In this document: positions 8,883-13,714 of the stretch, one piece after another
Layout of the letters: each line of letters begins with the position of its first letter
Numbering within the stretch: position 1 is the stretch's first letter
Source of the DNA: Anaerolineae bacterium
GTDB taxonomy: Bacteria; Chloroflexota; Anaerolineae; 4572-78; J111
Reading direction: 5' to 3'
DNA length: 13,714 bases
Assembly: GCA_034409055.1 (NCBI GenBank)
Contig: DAOUMU010000016.1
Coordinates: 1-13,714, forward strand
Notes under the pieces: generated by a model
What the model was told of the DNA's origin: nothing
The model's input: only the letters and a program-made list of their open reading frames with translations
Databases searched by the model: none
Made by a program: the position numbers and the translations under genes

Positions 8883-8918
8883 TGCTAACTTGCCCACAGT
8901 ACCGTTGACAAGTTAGCA
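8883..8918. promoter_or_regulatory. 10 bp perfect inverted repeat (TGCTAACTTG … CAAGTTAGCA) with a 16 bp spacer, just upstream of the ftsK start. A consensus TTGACA (8905-8910) overlaps the right arm.
   Basis: The arms at 8883-8892 and 8909-8918 are exact reverse complements. It lies 45-80 bp upstream of the ftsK ATG (8838, minus strand). I read this as an operator-like geometry. Confidence 0.35.
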
Positions 8919-9084
8919 CTTGCATAATACAGAAAAGAAAATTCCTATAGTATCAAGTTACCATAATATCACTTATAGTCTACCGTTCTTTTTATACTAT
9001 GTCAAGCTGGTGTCATTGTGGGTTGAGTGAGCACAGAGAATAGAACTATTTGAATAAGTTTTGGTATCAGGATAAGGTAAAGCC

Positions 9085-9140
9085 CGTGTTGCGTGTTGCG
9101 TGTTGCGTTTATTATCATGCCACACGCAATACGCAACACG
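9085..9140. repeat. Heptamer-repeat hairpin element: 3 x CGTGTTG (9085-9105) then CGTTT. A 14 nt loop follows, then about 3 copies of the complementary heptamer CAACACG (9120-9140, one copy degenerate: CAATACG).
   Basis: The reverse complement of 9120-9140 aligns to 9085-9105 with 2 mismatches, giving an about 21 bp stem. Both the tandem and the inverted structure are visible directly in the sequence. Confidence 0.55.
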
Positions 9141-9152
9141 CACCGCGTCACT

Positions 9153-9201
9153 TGTCCGGTGGGTTCATACAATGATTATTCTCACTACCGGACACTTTTT
9201 T
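9153..9201 (+). terminator. Intrinsic-terminator-like hairpin (stem TGTCCGGT/ACCGGACA, about 22 nt loop) followed by a T6 tract.
   Basis: 'cttgtccggtgggttcatacaatgattattctcactaccggacaCTTTTTTgag'. The 8 bp stem is GC-rich. The U-tract is on the plus strand only. A long loop weakens it. Confidence 0.35.
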
Positions 9202-9385
9202 GAGCGGCCAAAAAGATGACCTCGGATGGAGAAATAAACGATAATCAATGCAGAAAACAGCTTTTGAGAGCAACATTTAGCACGTTTTAACGTGCTTTTC
9301 AATATCAGCCGATGCGGGCAATCATCGGGCTGCTGCTAAAATTTTTGCAAACCCCACTTGATTTTAGTAGAAAAATATGGTATGA

Positions 9386-9414
9386 TTGACATAATCGTTT
9401 GTCATAACAATATT
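9386..9414 (+). promoter_or_regulatory. Weak candidate sigma70 promoter for the SPFH gene: TTGACA (9386-9391), 17 bp spacer, AATATT (9409-9414).
   Basis: The -35 is perfect and the -10 is poor (4 of 6). A direct repeat TG(A/T)CATAA occurs at 9388-9395 and 9401-9408. Confidence 0.3.
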
Positions 9415-9448
9415 AAGGCCGAAAAGATTTCATTAACAAGTGAATATG

Positions 9449-9490
9449 GCGCGTAGAGTCCGGGTGGAGACTCTGCGCGCTGTCTTTTAT
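9449..9490 (+). terminator. Strong intrinsic-terminator-like hairpin. The 12 bp GC-rich stem is GCGCGTAGAGTC / GACTCTGCGCGC with one G·U pair and an 8 nt loop, followed by TGTCTTTTAT. It ends 36 nt upstream of the SPFH gene start.
   Basis: The arms at 9449-9460 and 9469-9480 are reverse complements apart from one A/G position (a G·U wobble in RNA). The U-rich tract is 9481-9490. This is either a terminator for an upstream plus-strand ncRNA or an attenuator in the SPFH gene's leader. Confidence 0.5.
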
Positions 9491-9525
9491 AGACGCTCAG
9501 ATAAAAATGGTATAGAGAGGCAAAA

Positions 9526-10881
9526 ATGTCAAAAAAACTAAAAAGTTGGTTAAAAAATACCGGTCTGGCTTTGCCGTTACTCATTGGTATGTTCATTTGT
9601 TTACTGCCCAGTCCTTTCAGTTGGCCTGTCGGGATGGCTGTTATTATTTTGGTGGCGCTGGGGTATCTGATCCTTTTTGGGAGAAAAGAGGCCATGGATG
9701 CCCGAGTCAGGTGGGCTTTTATTACCGGTTTTGTGCTCCTGGCCGCCATCATTAGTTCGGTTACCTTGAACTGGATGCAGGTTGAGCCAGGTCTGATTCC
9801 GCTGCTGATTGCCAGAGGACTGGCGCTGCTGGTGGGGATTGTCCTATCGTACATGATCACCTGGTTGTTCTTTATGGCGGTCATCTACGTCAGCAGCGTT
9901 TACGTGCTGACTCTGCATAAGGAAGAGAACATTAGCCTGTGGGAAGCTATTCGGTTCATGCACTCCCTGATCCGGGGCAGCCAGCACGATTGGGTTGAGG
10001 TCAAGGGCGGTGAAGCTAAGGAACTGAAGAAAAAAGGCACAATGGAAGATTGGAGCAGCCTGGGCAAGATTATTATCGCTCCAGGGCACGCCGTTGTTTT
10101 AGAGAAAAAGACCGAATTTAGCCGGGTCCTGGGGGTTGGCAGCCACGTTAAGAAAAAAGGGGAAAAGGTCAGAGAAGTGTTTGAGTTGAAAGGACTATCT
10201 GCCAACCCAACGTTGGAAAATGTGATCACCCGAGATCAGTTTCCCCTGACCATCAAAATGAGCGTTGGCTTCAAAATAAAAGCCGCCGAAGATCCCAAGG
10301 CTAAGGAGGTTATCAAAGATAATTGGGAAGTATTCACGCCCGTTGGCGAAGCCACCCTTAAAAAGGGCGCGGCCAGCACCGGTGGAGGCTGGAAAAAGAG
10401 GCCAGAGGGAGCAGCAGTGGGGGCTCTGCGCGATCAAATTATGACCTACACTCTGGATGAGCTTTTTAAGATACAGGAAAATGGTCAAGACCCGGTACAG
10501 GTCAACAATCGGCGAATTAAGATTATCGAAGATGCGGTCAAAGAAGCAGCCAGTGAAGCGGTCAGTAAAGGGGGGCTGCTTGAGGTGAGCGGTGTAGATA
10601 TTCAAGAGATTACTTTACCTGATGATGCCAGAGAACGTATTAAGGCGGACTCTGCAAAGAAAGTCGAAGCTGAAAAGAATACTGCCAAGGAAGAATTGGT
10701 TTCAAGAATTTTGGACGATATCGGTAAACGTACTGGCAAGATTGGTCCTGGAGAATTACGAGTGGCAGTTGAAATGGTAGAAAAGTTATCGGAAAAGAAG
10801 TTCCCTGAGACATTTATTGCCCCAAACTTTCTGGTAGGTTCTCAACCTTTACAAGATGCCAATCAACAAAACCCCAATTAA
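9526..10881 (+). CDS. Membrane protein: an N-terminal polytopic TM domain (about 4 helices, aa ~12-130) fused to a C-terminal SPFH/band-7 (stomatin/prohibitin/flotillin-like) domain.
   Basis: 451 aa. Hydrophobic helices are LALPLLIGMFICLL, VGMAVIILVALGYLILF, AFITGFVLLAAIISSV and LALLVGIVLSYMITWLFFMAVIYVSSV. SPFH-like motifs are 'NVITRDQFPLTIKMSVGFKI', 'TLDELF' and 'GVDIQEITLPDDARERI…AEKNTAKEE'. An SD (GAGAGG) lies 7 nt upstream of the ATG. Codon usage is A-rich and GC lower than in flanking genes. Confidence 0.8.
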   Translation: MSKKLKSWLKNTGLALPLLIGMFICLLPSPFSWPVGMAVIILVALGYLILFGRKEAMDARVRWAFITGFVLLAAIISSVTLNWMQVEPGLIPLLIARGLALLVGIVLSYMITWLFFMAVIYVSSVYVLTLHKEENISLWEAIRFMHSLIRGSQHDWVEVKGGEAKELKKKGTMEDWSSLGKIIIAPGHAVVLEKKTEFSRVLGVGSHVKKKGEKVREVFELKGLSANPTLENVITRDQFPLTIKMSVGFKIKAAEDPKAKEVIKDNWEVFTPVGEATLKKGAASTGGGWKKRPEGAAVGALRDQIMTYTLDELFKIQENGQDPVQVNNRRIKIIEDAVKEAASEAVSKGGLLEVSGVDIQEITLPDDARERIKADSAKKVEAEKNTAKEELVSRILDDIGKRTGKIGPGELRVAVEMVEKLSEKKFPETFIAPNFLVGSQPLQDANQQNPN

Positions 10882-10893
10882 TAACTTCTAGAT

Positions 10894-10929
10894 AAAAGAG
10901 TTGAGCTTGTGTTGTGGCTCAACTCTTTT
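10894..10929. terminator. Bidirectional intrinsic terminator between convergent genes. The perfect 13 bp stem is AAAAGAGTTGAGC / GCTCAACTCTTTT, with a 10 nt loop and a T-rich 3' flank.
   Basis: The arms at 10894-10906 and 10917-10929 are exact reverse complements. 'gtttctcgttatttg' follows on the plus strand. The stop codon of the minus-strand 94 aa ORF lies within the stem. Confidence 0.65.
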
Positions 10930-11203
10930 GTTTCTCGTTATTTGTGTTTGTCGTATAAATTGGTAACTCACTAGTAGACAGAGATTTGAGATGCTGCCTA
11001 ATAGCTTCAAATTCCTTGGCCACACCGACCATTTGGGCTACCGAAAGGAGGGCATCCTCAAATCCTTCTCGATAACCACAAGCATAACTATCTTCCTTCA
11101 AAAACCGATCGAAGCGATGTTGGGTGAGATAGAGCGCCCGGAGACCATCCAATATCACAGATCGTTGTAAGAGTACGGGACCATTTTTAAATTCTTCACT
11201 CAT
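10919..11203 (-). CDS. Hypothetical small protein (94 aa), no recognisable family.
   Basis: Complete ORF with a good SD (GGAG, 6 nt spacing) and its own candidate promoter (see 11246-11273). The terminator is immediately 3'. I could not match the sequence (MSEEFKNGPVLLQRSVILDGLRALYLTQHRFDRFLKED…) to a known family. Confidence 0.55.
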   Translation of the reverse strand: MSEEFKNGPVLLQRSVILDGLRALYLTQHRFDRFLKEDSYACGYREGFEDALLSVAQMVGVAKEFEAIRQHLKSLSTSELPIYTTNTNNEKQKS

Positions 11204-11245
11204 GGTTTTCTCCAGGAAACTTTAGAGAACATTTGTTCGCTATAT

Positions 11246-11273
11246 ATTGTAGACTACATCCAAAATATGTCAA
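11246..11273 (-). promoter_or_regulatory. Sigma70-type promoter for the 94 aa gene (minus strand): TTGACA (11273→11268), 16 bp spacer, TACAAT (11251→11246). It is flanked by the inverted repeat GTAGACTA (11249-11256) / TAGTCTAC (11276-11283).
   Basis: The minus strand reads 'tTTGACAtattttggatgtagtcTACAATatatagc'. The -35 is 6 of 6, the -10 is 5 of 6 and the spacer is 16. The 8 bp inverted-repeat arms bracket the -35 and overlap the -10, which is operator-like. Confidence 0.45.
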
Positions 11274-11361
11274 ATTAGTCTACTTTACAGTTACGCATCA
11301 ATTAGACTTTATAGAGATTTAGGTTATGTCAACAATTAAGAACCGCAGATTGGCAGGAATT

Positions 11362-11393
11362 CGCGGATAAGTGCAAAAATATCCGCGTTTTTC
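11362..11393 (+). terminator. Plus-strand intrinsic-terminator-like hairpin CGCGGATA-(10 nt loop)-TATCCGCG + TTTTT. It is nested inside an outer 8 bp inverted repeat AGAACCGC (11339-11346) / GCGGTTCT (11403-11410).
   Basis: The inner arms at 11362-11369 and 11380-11387 are exact reverse complements. The T-tract is 11388-11392. No U-tract follows on the minus strand, so the function is plus-strand specific. No plus-strand gene lies upstream. Confidence 0.45.
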
Positions 11394-11664
11394 TGAAAAT
11401 CCGCGGTTCTGATGGTCAGGCAAATTAAATCACTATAATGTCTATTTTTTAACGTGCAATCCGCCGATTTTAACGGTGACGGTGCTTCAGTTACATCTAT
11501 CGAAATTTTGCATTTAAAGTATAACTGATTTCAAGCCAATTACAACAGAACAAAAGTCCTAATCCGCCTCTTTGTCCTTCGTCGCCTGCCCTGTGGGTTC
11601 GTCTTTCGTCCCGTAGAATACAATATGACGGCTTAGAGGTTACTTTATTTGAAAGGCTCTAACC

Positions 11665-11907
11665 CTAAATCATAAACCGCAGCCTGGCCATAAAATCCCC
11701 CACTTCCTTGAGCTTACGGGCGCTGCTCTCATCATTGTTGGCCCGGAACTGCTCCACCACCGCCTCCAGTTCGGCGAAGAAGACGCCGTCGCACCAACTG
11801 ATGTTATCGCTAATAATTTGGCGTAATTCGTCCTTATCTTTGGCCTCAATGATCTGCTTAATCAACGCTTGTGCTTGCTGGTGGGTCATGCTCATTCCCG
11901 CCGCCAT
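11665..11907 (-). CDS. Hypothetical small all-helical protein (about 80 aa; the track ORF extends to 11913 but the RBS favours the Met at 11907).
   Basis: A perfect SD AAGGAGG (minus, 11920→11914) abuts the first ATG (11913) but sits 6 nt from the third codon ATG (11907). The protein is MAAGMSMTHQQAQALIKQIIEAKDKDELRQIISDNISWCDGVFFAELEAVVEQFRANNDESSARKLKEVGDFMARLRFMI. I do not recognise a family. Its own strong promoter is upstream (12012-12040). Confidence 0.55.
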   Translation of the reverse strand: MAAGMSMTHQQAQALIKQIIEAKDKDELRQIISDNISWCDGVFFAELEAVVEQFRANNDESSARKLKEVGDFMARLRFMI

Positions 11908-12011
11908 AACCATCCTCCTTGTATTAGGGCTTAATTTCCCGTTTCAACAAAAATTGGGGGCGTTGTCTGGACCGGCATAAATCGTCAATCCAAAATCGTA
12001 ATCGTAAATTG

Positions 12012-12040
12012 ATTCTAGGTTAAATCCACCCCAATGTCAA
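12012..12040 (-). promoter_or_regulatory. Near-consensus sigma70 promoter for the about 80 aa gene (minus strand): TTGACA (12040→12035), 17 bp spacer, TAGAAT (12017→12012). This gives a 5' UTR of about 100 nt.
   Basis: The minus strand reads 'tTTGACAttggggtggatttaaccTAGAATcaattt'. The leader contains tandem AATCGT(A) repeats (minus-strand ACGATT ACGATT). Confidence 0.5.
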
Positions 12041-12082
12041 AACCTTTTCAAAACTCCCCATTGATAATTGTTCATTAAATAA

Positions 12083-12112
12083 TTGTTAATTGACAATCGC
12101 TTATGGTAAAAT
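12083..12112 (+). promoter_or_regulatory. Candidate promoter for the COG2865 gene: TTGTTA (12083-12088), 18 bp spacer, extended -10 TGgTAAAAT (12104-12112). The -10 ends 6 nt before the ATG, which implies a leaderless or near-leaderless mRNA.
   Basis: 'aaTTGTTAattgacaatcgcttaTGgTAAAATttccttATG'. No SD is present in the 6 nt before the ATG. The expected TSS (7±1 nt after the -10) coincides with the start codon. Confidence 0.4.
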
Positions 12113-12118
12113 TTCCTT

Positions 12119-13486
12119 ATGTTGGAGAAATTGTTGCAACGTGGGCCCGGTCAAACCGTGGCTTTGATGTCAAATCCAGAGGCTGACCTGCTGGCCGAAA
12201 CGATGATCGCCTTCGCCAATGCCGATGGTGGCACCATTTTTTTGGGAGTGAACGAGCAGGGCCGGGCCATCGACTACACCCTGGGCGAAGACGTGGAGAA
12301 TAGTTTGGTCCAGGCTTTGGCCAGGTGCCGCCCGCCGGTGGTGACCGATTGGGAACAGTGCGAGCGGCCGGGGGGCGTGATCGTGGCCTTGAAAATTGCC
12401 CGCAGTCCGGAACTGCACGCCCTGGCCGATGGTCGAGTCTTGATTCGGGTGGGGACAGAAAATCGGCCCCTGGGCGGCGAGGCCATTCGCCACCTGGCGG
12501 CAACCAAGTCCAGCGGCGATTTTGAGAGCGAACCGGTCGTTGGCGCTACCCTGGTCGATTTGGATAAAGAAGTATTGGATGAATATATGGGTCACCGGGT
12601 CGAACGTGGCTCCCATTCGCCCCAAGGTTCGTTGTCAGATCACCTGGTCGAAATTGGGGCGATGGCCGAGGATGGCACACCCACGGTCGCCGGGATGCTC
12701 CTTTTCGGCAAGCAGCCCCAGGCATTTTTACCGCAAAGTGGGCTCATCTTTGTTAAATTTTTGGGTAAAGAGGCCCGGGGCCGGGATGGACAGGCCGGTT
12801 ATGGCCGCCGGGTAGAGATTAACGGACCTTTAGCCCGTATTATCGAGCGAGCCTGGCGCGTAGTGACGGAAGAGATGCGAGTTGAAGCGGTAGTCACCGG
12901 CCTGCGGCGGGAGGAAAGACCGGAATATCCCCGTTTTGCCGTACGCGAGGCGTTGGTCAATGCCGTCTGCCACCGTGATTATCGCCTCAGCGGACGCCGG
13001 GTCGAAGTGCGCATGTACGAAGACCGGCTGGAGGTCATCAGTCCGGGCGGGTTGCCCGGTTACATCACCCTGGACAACATTGTCGATGAGCATTTTTCAC
13101 GCAATCCCCGCATCGTGGCCGGCCTGTTTCAGTGGGGTTACATCGAAGAACTGGGCCTGGGCATCGACCGCATGATTGAAGAGATGTTGGAGTACGGTCA
13201 TGCCGCCCCCGATTTTGTGGCCAAACCCTACTCTTTCACCGTGCGGCTGTACAACACGCTGGAACGTATGCCCCCCATCAAGCGTTGGCCCACCAACATG
13301 AACGAGCGCCAGATGAAGGCCATGAGCTTTATCGAGCAGCATGGCCGCATCACCAACCGGGATTACCGCCAACTGTGCCCCGAGGTCAACCCGGAAACCC
13401 TCCGCCTTGATTTGGTAGACCTGGTCGACAAAGGCCTGCTCCTGAAAATTGGGGACAAGAAGGGGACGTACTATATTTTGAAGTAG
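12119..13486 (+). CDS. COG2865-type putative transcriptional regulator / 'RecG-like' ATP-binding protein. It has an N-terminal AlbA_2 (divergent AAA-4, Schlafen-like) domain, a central HATPase_c_4 domain and a C-terminal winged-HTH.
   Basis: 455 aa. The AlbA_2 signature is 'ETMIAFANADGGTIFLGVNEQG'. The HATPase_c_4 signature is 'FAVREALVNAVCHRDYRLSGRRVEVRMYEDRLEVISPGGLPGYITLDNI…RNPRIVAGLFQWGYIEELGLGIDRM'. The C-terminal wHTH is 'ERQMKAMSFIEQHGRITNRDYRQLCPEVNPETLRLDLVDLVDKGLLLKIGDKKGTYYIL'. Confidence 0.85.
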   Translation: MLEKLLQRGPGQTVALMSNPEADLLAETMIAFANADGGTIFLGVNEQGRAIDYTLGEDVENSLVQALARCRPPVVTDWEQCERPGGVIVALKIARSPELHALADGRVLIRVGTENRPLGGEAIRHLAATKSSGDFESEPVVGATLVDLDKEVLDEYMGHRVERGSHSPQGSLSDHLVEIGAMAEDGTPTVAGMLLFGKQPQAFLPQSGLIFVKFLGKEARGRDGQAGYGRRVEINGPLARIIERAWRVVTEEMRVEAVVTGLRREERPEYPRFAVREALVNAVCHRDYRLSGRRVEVRMYEDRLEVISPGGLPGYITLDNIVDEHFSRNPRIVAGLFQWGYIEELGLGIDRMIEEMLEYGHAAPDFVAKPYSFTVRLYNTLERMPPIKRWPTNMNERQMKAMSFIEQHGRITNRDYRQLCPEVNPETLRLDLVDLVDKGLLLKIGDKKGTYYILK

Positions 13487-13588
13487 CCGGTGGCAAGGTC
13501 GCAGGTGGCAAGGTCGCAGGTGGCAGAGTAGCAAGGTGGCAGGGTTGCAGGGTGCAAGTCGCAGGTCGCAGGCAGGTCGCAGGTAACC
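13487..13588. repeat. Degenerating tandem repeat: 15-mer GCAGGTGGCAAGGTC (about 3.5 copies) decaying into 7-mer GCAGGTC/GCAAGTC copies. It sits between the COG2865 stop and a possible convergent gene.
   Basis: Reading directly: ccggtggcaaggtc|gcaggtggcaaggtc|gcaggtggcagagta|gcaaggtggcagggtt|gcagggt|gcaagtc|gcaggtc|gcag|gcaggtc|gcaggtaacc. This produces the artefactual minus-strand ORF 13386..13625 (ATLPPATLPPATLPP). Confidence 0.6.
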
Positions 13589-13714
13589 TATCTATTACCC
13601 ACAAGTTGGGATTGTTCTTTAACAAGATACCAAGTGTCGGCCATATCCTGTAATCTTTGCCAACCCCGCCAAATAACGGTTACCCCCGGTTCCCCATCCC
13701 GTTTACGGCCGAGG
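13588..13714 (-). CDS. Possible 3' end (41 codons + stop) of a minus-strand gene that runs off the window end. Product unknown.
   Basis: Minus-strand frame open from the window edge: …LGRKRDGEPGVTVIWRGWQRLQDMADTWYLVKEQSQLVGNR*, with stop TAG at 13590→13588. Only a fragment is present, with no start or upstream context, so it could be non-coding. Confidence 0.25.
   Translation of the reverse strand, partial: LGRKRDGEPGVTVIWRGWQRLQDMADTWYLVKEQSQLVGNR

Noticed and set aside
9402-9884. 160 aa minus-strand ORF.
   Set aside because: It is antisense to the well-supported SPFH gene start and membrane domain. Its translation is low-complexity.
11600-11625. GGTTCG-containing segment (ctgtgggttcgtctttcgtccc) that superficially resembles a tRNA T-arm.
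   Set aside because: No complementary T-stem, acceptor stem or anticodon arm can be built around it. It is not a tRNA.
13487-13588. Possible CRISPR array.
   Set aside because: The repeats are contiguous 15/7-mers with no unique spacers, so this is a simple tandem repeat. The 9085-9140 heptamer element likewise has no spacers.
13386-13625. 79 aa minus-strand ORF (…ATLPPATLPPATLPPATS…).
   Set aside because: It is encoded entirely by the GCAGGTC-type tandem repeat and overlaps the COG2865 3' end. The repetitive peptide is an artefact of the DNA repeat, not a gene.

Overview
This 13.7 kb bacterial window has a housekeeping core flanked by a more accessory-looking, AT-richer segment. The core (about 670-8840) runs: a large orphan sensor histidine kinase (minus), divergent mnmE (plus), then a minus-strand yebC-ruvC-ruvA operon convergent with mnmE, and ftsK (minus). 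No ruvB and no response regulator are present in the window. The window starts inside a partial minus-strand gene for a single-pass membrane protein with a Pro/Thr-rich linker.

After ftsK comes an unusually long (687 bp) AT-rich, hairpin-dense intergenic region (8839-9525). It carries an inverted heptamer-repeat element and three plus-strand hairpin+U-tract structures, one of them inside the apparent 5' leader of the next gene. That gene is a plus-strand 4-TM + SPFH/band-7 membrane protein, which ends at a clean bidirectional terminator.

Next come two small orphan minus-strand genes (94 aa and about 80 aa). Each has its own convincing sigma70-type promoter and SD. They are separated by a 460 bp spacer holding a nested hairpin/terminator and a recurring ATCCGC[G/C] motif. 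Last is a plus-strand, apparently leaderless COG2865-type regulator (AlbA_2/Schlafen-like N-domain + HATPase_c_4 + C-terminal wHTH). It is followed by a degenerating 15-mer/7-mer tandem repeat and a possible convergent partial ORF at the window edge.

I found no rRNA, tRNA, CRISPR or transposase. The most interesting material is non-coding: the structured 8839-9525 region and the 10.9-12.1 kb small-gene/motif cluster next to the Schlafen-like regulator. I cannot assign a known system to these from sequence alone.
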